DNA of 64,000 bases from a virus. Taxonomy: Duplodnaviria; Caudoviricetes. A program made the position numbers and the translations under genes. Shown here in pieces: positions 29,463 to 39,237 of the stretch. The notes below the pieces were generated by a model. It saw nothing but the letters and a program-made list of their open reading frames with translations, made no database searches and was not told where the DNA came from. The stretch covers positions 384,001 to 448,000 of IMG/VR virus record IMGVR_UViG_3300021431_000075; one strand, given 5' to 3'. The first letter of the stretch is position 1; every line of letters starts with the position of its first letter.

Positions 29463-29615
29463 ATGTGGATAAGTTTTGACAAGCCGAGATGGAAGAACCA
29501 TGAGTGGTCATGTAGCATCTTTCCATATGTTACAATTACGAAGATTTCAAATTTGGTGATTGCTGTACACATCGGATGGCTGTTCTGGTGTTTTACAATT
29601 TCAAATGATTTTTAA
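29463..29615 (+). CDS. Small hydrophobic protein (50 aa, not in ORF track)
   Basis: MWISFDKPRW...LVIAVHIGWLFWCFTISNDF* fills the thyA-dut gap. Confidence 0.5.
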   Translation: MWISFDKPRWKNHEWSCSIFPYVTITKISNLVIAVHIGWLFWCFTISNDF

Positions 29616-29621
29616 TTATAT

Positions 29622-30062
29622 ATGGAAATAAAGATTATCAATAAAAGCAACAATCCGCTGCCGTGTTATCAGACTCCGGGAAGTGCTGGCGCTGATTTGA
29701 GAGCATGGATTGAAGACGGTTCGACTATAGTTTTGGAACCGTTGAAAACCGTACTGGTTCATACAGGTCTTTATATTGAATTGCCGGTCGGTTACGAGGC
29801 AAGAGTTCAGCCACGTTCCGGTCTTGCATTGAAGCATCAGATTACGGTTCTGAACAGTCCGGGTTGTATTGATGCAGATTACCGCGGAGAGATTGGAATC
29901 ATTCTAATCAACTTGTCAGACAAGCCGTTCGAAATCAATAATGGAGACAGAGTTGCGCAGATGATTATTTCAAAAGTCGAGACTGTTCGGTTCAATCTTG
30001 TTGAAGAACTTGATAAGACAGAACGTGTTGATGGCGGTTTTGGTCATACAGGTATCAAATAA
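29622..30062 (+). CDS. dut: dUTPase
   Basis: [39 protein letters not shown]. Confidence 0.97.
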   Translation: MEIKIINKSNNPLPCYQTPGSAGADLRAWIEDGSTIVLEPLKTVLVHTGLYIELPVGYEARVQPRSGLALKHQITVLNSPGCIDADYRGEIGIILINLSDKPFEINNGDRVAQMIISKVETVRFNLVEELDKTERVDGGFGHTGIK

Positions 30063-30072
30063 GTCTATTAAA

Positions 30073-30516
30073 ATGAGAAAGATAAAAACAAATATCAAAT
30101 TTTTTGACATCAAGTTCGACATTCAAGACAAATTGACAAAATGCACGATGAGCATTTCTGCAGATTTGGTTAGAGTCGAGTTGATAGCAAACAGTTTGAC
30201 AAATCTGTTTGTCATGAAGCATCTTGATAAACTTGGAATTTCGGTTGAAGGAACGAAATTGCGGTTCTCTGTTTCCGCTTATTCTAAATGCTGCGAAGGA
30301 GACGAATATAACGAGATTAAAGGTAGACTTTTGGCACATGACAAAGCGCAGTTGAAGGCAATCACGAAAATAAACAATTTTTGTAAGTGGTGGTATAAAA
30401 ACTATTTGGTCAAGTTCGGTCTTGAAAATTACGATACGTATATGTCTAAGATTGCGCTAACGCATAACAGAGTTTATAGTTGCATTGTGACTGAAGAGTC
30501 TGGACATTTAAAATAA
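30073..30516 (+). CDS. Hypothetical phage protein
   Basis: ORF 29998-30516; ATG 30073 after the dut stop preferred. Confidence 0.75.
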   Translation: MRKIKTNIKFFDIKFDIQDKLTKCTMSISADLVRVELIANSLTNLFVMKHLDKLGISVEGTKLRFSVSAYSKCCEGDEYNEIKGRLLAHDKAQLKAITKINNFCKWWYKNYLVKFGLENYDTYMSKIALTHNRVYSCIVTEESGHLK

Positions 30517-30520
30517 CTAA

Positions 30521-31180
30521 GTGATGAAATATCCAACATCATTCATAAGCATTGATTTCGAGACTGCATATGCATTAAGAAGTTCAGTTATATCAGTCGG
30601 TGCCGTCAAGTTTATCGACAACAAGGAAGTTGATTCGTATTATTCATTGGTTCAGCCGGACTGGAATTCTTTGATACAGTTTGAACATGCTATCAGTTTT
30701 GAGTATGTTCACGGAATCGCGGACCGTGAATTGACAGACAAGCCTACGTTTGTAGAGATTCTTCCAGAACTTGAGCAGTTTTGTGGCAATCTTCCATTGG
30801 TCGCGCATAATGCTGCATTCGAGATGAGTTGCTTTAAGGCATTGAAAGAACTATACAGGTTTGAAACAACGATACAGTGCGATTATATATATGACACGAT
30901 GAAGATTTCAAAGGAAGTCGAGCAGGTTCTTGGATTGAATATCAAAGGAAAGGGAACTCATACGTTGAATACTCTATGCAAGATGTACGGAATCCCGTCT
31001 GGAACCCATCATAACGCGCTGGATGATTCCGTTGATTGCGGAAACATGCTTGTTGAGATGAACAAGATTCTTGATATGAGTTATGACGAGCTTGCAAATG
31101 TGCATATCGTGGTTCCGGAACCAATTATCGAGAAACTTGCACCGGTTGGAAGCGTTGAACTTGAACAATTATTAGTTTAG
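30521..31180 (+). CDS. DEDDh 3'-5' exonuclease (DnaQ/epsilon-like)
   Basis: IDFET, VAHNAAFE, HHNALDD. Confidence 0.9.
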   Translation: MMKYPTSFISIDFETAYALRSSVISVGAVKFIDNKEVDSYYSLVQPDWNSLIQFEHAISFEYVHGIADRELTDKPTFVEILPELEQFCGNLPLVAHNAAFEMSCFKALKELYRFETTIQCDYIYDTMKISKEVEQVLGLNIKGKGTHTLNTLCKMYGIPSGTHHNALDDSVDCGNMLVEMNKILDMSYDELANVHIVVPEPIIEKLAPVGSVELEQLLV

Positions 31181-31183
31181 AAA

Positions 31184-31396
31184 ATGAACAAGAGAATTGC
31201 AAAAAAGGTTTTGAACGAGAACGGACCGCATTACGACTGGTACTACAGAAATGGACTCATTTCATTGGCTCCTGTCCATCCGGAGTTATATTTCAGAGCA
31301 TGCAGACGCTTTCACCAGAAGCCGTACTATGATGCGAAATGGCTTTCTGATATCCAGAAATGGAGAAAAGAACACCCAGTTAAAACAAAAAGATAA
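31184..31396 (+). CDS. Hypothetical protein
   Basis: 70-aa ORF beginning MNKRIAKK. Confidence 0.7.
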   Translation: MNKRIAKKVLNENGPHYDWYYRNGLISLAPVHPELYFRACRRFHQKPYYDAKWLSDIQKWRKEHPVKTKR

Positions 31397-31408
31397 CCAA
31401 CTTATCAA

Positions 31409-31630
31409 ATGAGCAAACAAGATTGTATTAAGATGACCGGAATGGTCGTTCAGGACAAGTCGAATTCGATATTCGATGTCGAACTTGATAACGGCATGAC
31501 TATCACGGCGACTTTGTCCGGAAAGATTAGAATGAATAATATAAGAATACTTGTCGGAGATAAGGTCGATGTCGAGCTGTCTATGTATGACTTGACAAGA
31601 GGACGAATCACATTCCGACACAAAAACTAA
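31409..31630 (+). CDS. infA: Translation initiation factor IF-1
   Basis: FDVELDNG...[37 protein letters not shown]. Confidence 0.95.
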   Translation: MSKQDCIKMTGMVVQDKSNSIFDVELDNGMTITATLSGKIRMNNIRILVGDKVDVELSMYDLTRGRITFRHKN

Positions 31631-31635
31631 TTGTT

Positions 31636-33525
31636 ATGAAAAATTGTACAGGATTGCTTTCATGCAGCAATGAAATCAAGCATGAGTATTGCGCGACAGT
31701 AGTCAGAATCGGAGAACTCGTTCCTGTCGAGACAAGCGACAATCTTGTAAAGACGTTGATTAACGGAAACTCGATTGTAATGTCTCGTGGTTCTATTCAA
31801 GAAGGAGAAATCGCATTCTATGTTAGCAACGAGTGTGAAATCAATGCGGATTTCCTTTCTGTTAACAACCAGTTCGAACTTTCTGAATATGAAAGGAATG
31901 CAAATCGAGACGAAGTCGGTGCCATATTGAAAGGCACAGAGGACCTCAAGAACAAGATTGAAGTACTTAAGAAGAAAATCAAGAACATCAACAAGGTTAT
32001 TGATAAGTACAATGAACGCTGTGGTGTTGTTAAGAAGATTGAAGAGTTTGAAGGTTTCTTGGCAGAGAACAAGGATAAGTATGAGAAACTTTCGAATACT
32101 CCGGTCAGCGAGTTGTCAGAAGATGAAACACATTTCATAAAGGTTTATGAAGCGAAAACTGCCAAGCTGAAGAAGACTAACGAGCGTCTTGGAAAGTATG
32201 ATAGAGTTAAGGATGTTGACTTGAATCAACTTAACGGAGAAATCAAGACAATCAAAGACAAAATTACAGAGTTTACGAATGAGCGAGAAGAGATGAAGAA
32301 GCCGGCAAAGGAAAAGGTTGGCTACTTCAACAAGTGGGGACGCGTGAAGTTGATTCGTCTGTGCGGTTGCCCGTCTTACGGATACGTGTTTGGTGTGGAC
32401 TCTATGCGCTTGTTCTGTCCTGAAATTGACTCTGTCAATCTTGAAGAACTTGTCGATTGTGACTTCGACACAGTGAAAGTCAATGGAGAATCTGTCTGTT
32501 TCTGCAAGGCTTATGTTCCAAGAATTGTCGAGAATCAGGGTCGTGGTTCAAGAGGCAAGAAGAAGGTTAAGAAAGAGCCTGAGCGAATGATTCCGAACGA
32601 GTTCTGTTTCCATTATGACACGACGCAGTTCCAGAGATGTGTCAGGGATTTCAACAAGGATGATATTGTCGATATTTCTGTCAAGTTGCACGGAACTTCC
32701 ATCATCATCGGAAACGTGAAAATCAAGTTCCCTATCGAGTTCAACACTCCTTTTGCCAAGTTGAACAAGATGCTCCAGATAGCATATTATAAGTATGTTC
32801 CGAAGCGCTGGCAGAAGTACAAGGTTGGATATTACAATGTGTATTCGTCACGAACGGTTATCAAGAACAAAGAACTGAATCCGGATGTTACTGATGGTTT
32901 CTATGATGTTGACTTGTGGGCTGTCTATAATGATTTGCTGAAAGAGTACATTCCTAAGGGAATTACGATATACGGAGAGGTTGTTGGTTATCTTCCAGAT
33001 TCCGGAAAGTCGATTCAGCATTTCAGAAACGGAATGATTTATGATTATGGTTGTCCGGAGGGAGAGTCGAAGCTGATGATTTATAGAATCACGGAAGATG
33101 ATCCGAAAGCGGACCCGAAGAAGGTTGACAAGAAGATTGAGTACACGATTACGGAAGTTGACCAGTGGACCCGTGAACTTGTCCGCAAGCATCCGGAACT
33201 TCACAAGAATATCATGTTCTTGCCTATTCTCTACCACGGAAGGTTCGGGGACTTGTATCCGGAACTTGAAGATAGCACGAGATGGCATGACGATGTTCTT
33301 GAAAAGCTTAAGGCGGAAGAGAGGTTCGGAATGGAGCAGATGGAGCCTCTGTGTGTATTCCATGAGTGTCCGAGAGAGGGAATCGTCATCAGAAAGGAAC
33401 TTGACGGACGAGACCCGCTTGCTAAGGAGGCATACAAGTTGAAGACTGTCAAGTTCGACGAATGCTATCGACAGATGATGGATGACAATGTAATCGGAGA
33501 CCTCGAACTGGCAGAAGGAATGTAG
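31636..33525 (+). CDS. RNA ligase (Rnl2/DRB0094-like) with a coiled-coil insertion
   Basis: N-terminal ATVVRIGELVPVETSDNL domain; motifs VKLHGTS (I), IYGEVVG (III), REGIVIR (IV), AYKLK (V). Confidence 0.85.
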   Translation: MKNCTGLLSCSNEIKHEYCATVVRIGELVPVETSDNLVKTLINGNSIVMSRGSIQEGEIAFYVSNECEINADFLSVNNQFELSEYERNANRDEVGAILKGTEDLKNKIEVLKKKIKNINKVIDKYNERCGVVKKIEEFEGFLAENKDKYEKLSNTPVSELSEDETHFIKVYEAKTAKLKKTNERLGKYDRVKDVDLNQLNGEIKTIKDKITEFTNEREEMKKPAKEKVGYFNKWGRVKLIRLCGCPSYGYVFGVDSMRLFCPEIDSVNLEELVDCDFDTVKVNGESVCFCKAYVPRIVENQGRGSRGKKKVKKEPERMIPNEFCFHYDTTQFQRCVRDFNKDDIVDISVKLHGTSIIIGNVKIKFPIEFNTPFAKLNKMLQIAYYKYVPKRWQKYKVGYYNVYSSRTVIKNKELNPDVTDGFYDVDLWAVYNDLLKEYIPKGITIYGEVVGYLPDSGKSIQHFRNGMIYDYGCPEGESKLMIYRITEDDPKADPKKVDKKIEYTITEVDQWTRELVRKHPELHKNIMFLPILYHGRFGDLYPELEDSTRWHDDVLEKLKAEERFGMEQMEPLCVFHECPREGIVIRKELDGRDPLAKEAYKLKTVKFDECYRQMMDDNVIGDLELAEGM

Positions 33526-33541
33526 AATGCGTAGAAATCGA

Positions 33542-33584
33542 AAAGCAACTCTGGCAAGCATTTGACCGGAGTTGCTTCTTTTTT
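33542..33584. terminator. Bidirectional terminator
   Basis: AAGCAACTCTGG...CCGGAGTTGCTT plus T-run, between convergent genes. Confidence 0.75.
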
Positions 33585-33602
33585 AATGGTTTTTGAAAAA
33601 AG

Positions 33603-35525
33603 TTATGAAAATACCATGAACTTGATTCTGACAGGCAGCGGGTTCGGGTTATATACAAGCACGGAGTTCTGAAGATTCTTTATCTTGCTCTGGTAGTTGT
33701 CCTTTGCTCCGATAATCATGTAAGCCTCTCCGACTCTGAGCCATAGGTCATTCTCGTTCAGATATTGCATGTACCTGTACAGACCTACTGCGTTTTCCTT
33801 GTTGTTCGGTTTCATTCCGTGTCTGTGTCCCGGAACATTTTCCATGAAGTTGTACTTTTCTGGAGTCTTGTATTCGTTCACGTAGTCGCAGCTTGTCTTG
33901 AGTTTGTCATGGTTGCTGTTGTGGTGTTCAGTGTGCGTATGGTGGAACGTGTCGGACCAAGTGCTGTTTGTGTCATGGTAGTTCGGATTTGTTGTCCATT
34001 CGCTGTCTGACGATACTTGCGAGTGCATGTCATAAGTCCAGATTCCCTGCATGCAGGTTGCAAGAGACTCGTTTGATACGACCTTTCTTACTGGACAGAA
34101 GCAGTCGCAAGCCTTGAACACTTCATATTCAGACTGGAGTATCGTGTTGATTTTGACTGTCGAACGGACCTTTCTATATACGTCAACACACTCGTTGCAG
34201 ACAAAGCCTTCAACGTGCATGTTCTTTGGAATCTCAATCTTTTCATCAAGATTGACATAGTCAGAAACATGTGCCACTTTCAGTACAGAGAACTCGTCAG
34301 TAAACTCGGACCAGTCAGGAATGAGCACGAGACCTCTCATCGCTCCGTTCGGATATTTCTGGTTGAGTATTCTCTTGTTGTAGTCTTCGACAAGCATGTA
34401 CGGACCGCTTACATTGCTCTGGTGGACATACTTCGATATTTCAAGAAGAAGCATGAAGATGTCATGGATGTTATATGTGTTGAGAATCGAGTATTCGTTT
34501 CCCCAGTAGTATGCATAGATGTCCGGGTACATCGTGCAGAGAAGACTCCATTTCGTTTCGGTTCCCTCTATGATGTTTCCGAGATGGTCGAAGAACTGCA
34601 GGAACTTCTCAAGGGCATGGACGTTATGGTTGAATGCGGCTGGGTCGTTGATTGCAAGAGGACCGATTGATATGAAGAACTTGTATATGTCGCACGGAAC
34701 ATCCGAGTAGTCGGGGTCTTCATCAGAACCCTTCAATCTCGGCTTCAGTGTCTTGATGAGGTCGATGATGTAGTCGAAGTTGACATTTGCCCCGATGAAT
34801 GGAGTTTCTGTATAGTCAGCCCATGTTCCGTCATGGTTGATATACTCGGCGTCGATTGCGGAAACAAGCACAGAATGGACATAGAATGAATATCCTTCTG
34901 AAGATGACTGGAAAACAAGATAGTCGATTGATTCGGAAACGCAGTTTTCTTGATTGCAGTCGCATACCGGAAGGTTCTGTATGGTCACGTTCACCGGAAT
35001 GCCGAGTTCGTCGAATTTTGCCTGAATAAGTTCACATACGGAACCGGGTTCTGTTCTCAGCAGATATGTGTCTATGTTGATTGCATTGATGTCTTCGCAG
35101 CTCGTGTAGTGTATGTCGAACTTGACGTTGATATACGGCTCGTAGTTTTCAATGGACTGGATTTCCTTTACAATCGGGAAGAATTGTGCCGCATATGTGT
35201 CGCCGGTCACGTTTCCCTGAAGAAGATATGCTGAATATGGCTGGAGAATCTTTGTTTCCGTGTAGTATTCTGTGATGCCGTCAGCATGGATGTCTGTCAT
35301 GTCTATCGATGCAAGCTCGTCGCCGTTGGAGTCTGTGATGACGCCTTCGCCATCAACGATGTCAAACGAAGTGTCTGCTTCGTCGATTGCACTTGAGCAA
35401 GTGAACCCGGATGAAGTTATATCATTCGATGTTGAATATAGTTGGTAGAAAAGATTCGTATTTTTGTTTGTTGGTACAATCTTGCTATTATCGGCTGGTT
35501 TGATAATCTTGTTCATGGAACCCAT
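33603..35525 (-). CDS. Late hypothetical protein (probably structural), 640 aa
   Basis: Minus-strand GATAAATA at 35548-35555; contains a His-rich stretch. Confidence 0.75.
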   Translation of the reverse strand: MGSMNKIIKPADNSKIVPTNKNTNLFYQLYSTSNDITSSGFTCSSAIDEADTSFDIVDGEGVITDSNGDELASIDMTDIHADGITEYYTETKILQPYSAYLLQGNVTGDTYAAQFFPIVKEIQSIENYEPYINVKFDIHYTSCEDINAINIDTYLLRTEPGSVCELIQAKFDELGIPVNVTIQNLPVCDCNQENCVSESIDYLVFQSSSEGYSFYVHSVLVSAIDAEYINHDGTWADYTETPFIGANVNFDYIIDLIKTLKPRLKGSDEDPDYSDVPCDIYKFFISIGPLAINDPAAFNHNVHALEKFLQFFDHLGNIIEGTETKWSLLCTMYPDIYAYYWGNEYSILNTYNIHDIFMLLLEISKYVHQSNVSGPYMLVEDYNKRILNQKYPNGAMRGLVLIPDWSEFTDEFSVLKVAHVSDYVNLDEKIEIPKNMHVEGFVCNECVDVYRKVRSTVKINTILQSEYEVFKACDCFCPVRKVVSNESLATCMQGIWTYDMHSQVSSDSEWTTNPNYHDTNSTWSDTFHHTHTEHHNSNHDKLKTSCDYVNEYKTPEKYNFMENVPGHRHGMKPNNKENAVGLYRYMQYLNENDLWLRVGEAYMIIGAKDNYQSKIKNLQNSVLVYNPNPLPVRIKFMVFS

Positions 35526-35623
35526 TATGGCATTTATGTTCTTGTTTTATTTATCTTTAATGGTATTTTTGGCGCATTGTGACAAGATATAAAAGCCATT
35601 AACTTTTTTTAACTCCAAAAATC

Positions 35624-35651
35624 TATACTTTTTTTCATTTTTGTAGTATAC
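35624..35651 (+). promoter_or_regulatory. Variant phage promoter TATAC-N17-GTATAC
   Basis: One mismatch, same spacing, upstream of a phosphoesterase. Confidence 0.65.
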
Positions 35652-35683
35652 ATAATTGTTGAAACATAATACGCATATAAAAA

Positions 35684-36409
35684 ATGATTATTTGTGCTGA
35701 TATACACGGCAGGACGTTCTGGAAAGACGCCGTTGCCAAAAAGAGAGAAAATGAGAAGATAATATTTCTCGGAGACTATCTGGAGCCGTATCCGCAGGAG
35801 GGAATAACGCATGATATGGCATTTCAGAATTTCCTGAAGATTATCGACTACAAGAAGAGTCATATGGACGACTGTGTCTTGCTTCTCGGGAACCATGACT
35901 TTGCATGTATCGACAAGAGTATGATTTCTTGCAGGCATGACTATATGAATGAAATCAGGAATAAGAAAGAGTTTATTGAGAACATGGATTTGTTCGACCT
36001 GATATATTCTATGGACATAGGAGACCGGAAGTTCGTGTTCTCGCATTCCGGAATTCATAAGCAGTGGTTTGACGAGAGTGTCCAGAAAGATGGCATGGAA
36101 GAAGGAGAGTTGCCTTGGGACTTTTTGAACAGAAAGTTCAAGGAAGACTACAAGTCGCTGCTCGGCTGTCTCGGAATATACTCGAAGTTTCGCGGATGGA
36201 CAGATGTCAAGTACGGTTCTTGCATATGGGCAGACTGTCGGGAATGGAGCATCGAGGAACCCGATTATGAGAATGTATATCAGATATTCGGACATACGAT
36301 GCTGATAGACAAGCCTGTCATATTGAAGCATTGGGCTAATCTTGATTGCAAGAAGCCTTTTAGACTGGATGAAGAAACTGGTGAATTGATAAATTTGGAA
36401 GATATTTAA
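35684..36409 (+). CDS. Calcineurin-like metallophosphoesterase
   Basis: ADIHG, FLGDY, LLGNHD, FSHSG, IFGHT. Confidence 0.9.
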   Translation: MIICADIHGRTFWKDAVAKKRENEKIIFLGDYLEPYPQEGITHDMAFQNFLKIIDYKKSHMDDCVLLLGNHDFACIDKSMISCRHDYMNEIRNKKEFIENMDLFDLIYSMDIGDRKFVFSHSGIHKQWFDESVQKDGMEEGELPWDFLNRKFKEDYKSLLGCLGIYSKFRGWTDVKYGSCIWADCREWSIEEPDYENVYQIFGHTMLIDKPVILKHWANLDCKKPFRLDEETGELINLEDI

Positions 36410-36415
36410 GAAATT

Positions 36416-37903
36416 ATGCAAACAAATTTTTATTTTTTGTCGCTTGAAAAGACAAAGATACTTAAAGAAATCGGTTTAGATTTTGCTACGGTATGCAAAG
36501 AATATGGCTGGTTCTGGAACGAAATCGATGGTAATCTAATTGCTTCCAACCATCGACTTGATGAACTTGATGACGGGAAATACGTTCCCGCGCTTAATTC
36601 CGAACAGCTGCGTGAGTTTCTTCCGCTTGATATTTACACAAAAGAGTGCGGAAAGTGCTCATTGAATTTCGGTTCTGATATTATAAATGACGTGGAAGAG
36701 CAAATCGTGTCTTATGATGAATGTAAAGGTTCATGCTATCCGTATGTTACGTTTTCGGCAGAACATCTTGTTGATGCTATGTTTGACGCTATCGAGTATT
36801 GTCATAAGAATGGATTCTTGCAGCCGGATTCATATGTAGATAAAGAAATGTTAGATAATCAAACTATACAAAATGATAAAGAAATGAGCAATAATGTAGA
36901 AAAAAGTGAATTTAAGTGTTTTGAAAGCAAGTTCTGTATTGTATATCATAAAGAAGATAATGATGGCTTGTTCTCTATGGCATTGATATTCAATTACTTG
37001 ACTGATGAATTGCATATTGATAAGAATGATATTCGTCTTATCGGAGCAGATTATCAGGATATGAAGAAACTTGACATTGATGAATTGTGCCAGAAAAATG
37101 AGGGAATCATAATGACTGACATATCATTCAATGAATTCTCAAAGATAAAGGAGATATACAAGAAGAAGAGAAGCAAATTCTGGTGGTTTGACCATCATGC
37201 TCCTATCATTAAGCAGAGTCTTTTGGAGAAGTGTGAAGACATCAACGGCATTCGCGATACCAGCAGAAGCGCGATTATGAATGTATATAACTATCTTTAC
37301 GATCCGTTCAATGAGAAGTATAATAGCAAGAGTCCGGATATTGAGTTGTTGCGTATTCTATCTGCGTGGGATTCTTTCTCGTTCTTGAGAGAAGGTTATG
37401 ATATTGATTATGTTCGAAATGTGAATGTCGGCGTAAGCAATGATTTTATGCTTGATAAAGATAGAATCATCGAGTTTGTGAGAGAACTTCTTAAGATGAA
37501 TGCCGATGTGCAGAAAGATATTATTATGGATTTCTATGACAGTGGCAAGTCATTCAATAAGGTTATCGAGAGCAAGGATGCAAAGTTGATTGAGGATTTT
37601 GGTCAGGTATATTCTTTGGAAGAAAATGGCGAGCCGGTCATGGTTCTTTATATGCAGGGCGGTAGCAACAGTTTGATGTTCAAGAGCGTTAGCGATAAAT
37701 ACAAGCACGGCGCAGTCATCAAACATTTGAAAGATGGGAACTTCTCCATACATTTGTATAACACAGATACAAAGTATGATTTGGAGATGGACTGTGGTGC
37801 ATATCTGAAGAGCAAGTATGGCGGCGGCGGTCACAAGGGTGCAGCCGGAGCACAGATTTCGGAAGATGTGTTTTTGAAGATAATGAGAACTAAAAAGATT
37901 TGA
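36416..37903 (+). CDS. DHH/DHHA1-family phosphoesterase with an extra N-terminal domain
   Basis: YHKEDNDG, MTDIS, FDHH, GGGGHKGAAG. Confidence 0.85.
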   Translation: MQTNFYFLSLEKTKILKEIGLDFATVCKEYGWFWNEIDGNLIASNHRLDELDDGKYVPALNSEQLREFLPLDIYTKECGKCSLNFGSDIINDVEEQIVSYDECKGSCYPYVTFSAEHLVDAMFDAIEYCHKNGFLQPDSYVDKEMLDNQTIQNDKEMSNNVEKSEFKCFESKFCIVYHKEDNDGLFSMALIFNYLTDELHIDKNDIRLIGADYQDMKKLDIDELCQKNEGIIMTDISFNEFSKIKEIYKKKRSKFWWFDHHAPIIKQSLLEKCEDINGIRDTSRSAIMNVYNYLYDPFNEKYNSKSPDIELLRILSAWDSFSFLREGYDIDYVRNVNVGVSNDFMLDKDRIIEFVRELLKMNADVQKDIIMDFYDSGKSFNKVIESKDAKLIEDFGQVYSLEENGEPVMVLYMQGGSNSLMFKSVSDKYKHGAVIKHLKDGNFSIHLYNTDTKYDLEMDCGAYLKSKYGGGGHKGAAGAQISEDVFLKIMRTKKI

Positions 37904-37909
37904 TTTTTT

Positions 37910-38422
37910 ATGCCAAGGAATGTTGAGATTGATGATACTCTTGCCGATGAGATTTTCAATGAGCGGATGGATAGCGAGTTTGAGAAAATCAAGCAAGAGC
38001 GAGATGACTACAAGAACAAGTACTTATATGCGGTTGCCGATAAGGAAAATGCAATAAAGCGCATAAAGTCGCAGATGAATATTGCTGCTGATGCAGAAAA
38101 GACGAACATCATAAAAGAGTTCCTTGTTATCTGTGATGATTTGAATCTGGCATTGTCGTTTAATGAACATTGTGATGAACCGACTGCATTGAAAGAAGGT
38201 TTCGTGAGTCTCTATAATGAGTTTATGGACGTTCTTGACAAGTTGAATGTCAGGAGGATGAAAGATGTTGTCGGTTCAGAATTCACAACAGACCTGTATG
38301 AAGCGGTTTCTATGAAAGACTGTGGAAATGATATGTCCGGAAAGGTCGTTGAATGTCTGGTAGACGGCTATTTTATCGGTGATGATGTCCTGAGGCATGC
38401 AAAAGTCGTTGTAGGAAAATAA
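37910..38422 (+). CDS. grpE: Nucleotide exchange factor GrpE
   Basis: YAVADKENAIKR, EFLVICDDL, GSEFTTDLYEAV, GYFIGDDVLRHAKVVV. Confidence 0.88.
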   Translation: MPRNVEIDDTLADEIFNERMDSEFEKIKQERDDYKNKYLYAVADKENAIKRIKSQMNIAADAEKTNIIKEFLVICDDLNLALSFNEHCDEPTALKEGFVSLYNEFMDVLDKLNVRRMKDVVGSEFTTDLYEAVSMKDCGNDMSGKVVECLVDGYFIGDDVLRHAKVVVGK

Positions 38423-38646
38423 TGAGCAATGGAAAGAAATATATAATTAAATGCTTGAAGATTTTGTCAAGCGCATTTCTCGGCTTGTTGAGCGCGTTGA
38501 TTGTAATTTGTTTCGTTTATGCAGTCAATCAGATTTTTCTGTTGAGTATTTGTGATTCTTCGATATGGAATTCATATTTGTTTTGGATTGTATTGGTTGC
38601 AATTATTGACGGAATCTTAATCCACAAGGCTCTTTATGACGATTGA
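38422..38646 (+). CDS. Small two-TM membrane protein
   Basis: Two hydrophobic segments; TAATG coupling to grpE. Confidence 0.7.
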   Translation: MSNGKKYIIKCLKILSSAFLGLLSALIVICFVYAVNQIFLLSICDSSIWNSYLFWIVLVAIIDGILIHKALYDD

Positions 38647-38650
38647 TTTG

Positions 38651-38688
38651 AAAAGCGGCAGATGATTTTGTTTATTTGCCGCTTTTTT
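38651..38688 (+). terminator. Intrinsic terminator
   Basis: AAAAGCGGCAGAT...ATTTGCCGCTTTT. Confidence 0.8.
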
Positions 38689-38711
38689 GATTTAATTGTG
38701 GTTCAATAGTT

Positions 38712-38739
38712 TAAACTATTGATTGATTATGTGGTATAC
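38712..38739 (+). promoter_or_regulatory. Phage promoter TAAAC-N17-GTATAC
   Basis: Exact motif and spacing just after the terminator. Confidence 0.78.
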
Positions 38740-38922
38740 TTTTAATAAAAGATATTCATCATTCGAGAACTCTGTTAGTCAGAGCAAGATAGTGAGTGAC
38801 AGTTCTTTCTCCATCTTCAAAAAGAGGATGAAAGATGCTGTTAAAAATAATGAAGAGAATAGAAGAAATGCTTTGGATTCGATTCGAAACATAGTTATTA
38901 CATAAAGAAATAAAGGATTTAC

Positions 38923-39219
38923 ATGTATACGCATCTTAATACGATTGAATGGGACTTTATACTAAAGTCTAAGAAGAACGAGAATCTCAACTATTTTTCT
39001 AACAAGATTTATGGTCAGATTCTTGCAGAACTTAAGTGCAAGGGCGGTTTCGAGTACTACTTGTGTACGATTGTGCAGATGAACAATGATACGGTCGGGA
39101 ACTATATCGGCTGTGTGAAGTCTGATGCCGCAAGCGGAAAGGAAGCTAACATCCTTGTATACGACAGAGACCGCCAGAGAGACCGTGTGTTGTCTCTTAA
39201 TGACGAGAACTATCTTTAA
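38923..39219 (+). CDS. Hypothetical protein
   Basis: 98-aa ORF. Confidence 0.7.
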   Translation: MYTHLNTIEWDFILKSKKNENLNYFSNKIYGQILAELKCKGGFEYYLCTIVQMNNDTVGNYIGCVKSDAASGKEANILVYDRDRQRDRVLSLNDENYL

Positions 39220-39237
39220 AATCAGTTTTAATATGAG

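Noticed and set aside
38723-38905. 60-aa ORF from the track
   Set aside because: Its start lies inside the TAAAC-N17-GTATAC promoter, so it could not be on that transcript. A shorter ORF cannot be excluded.
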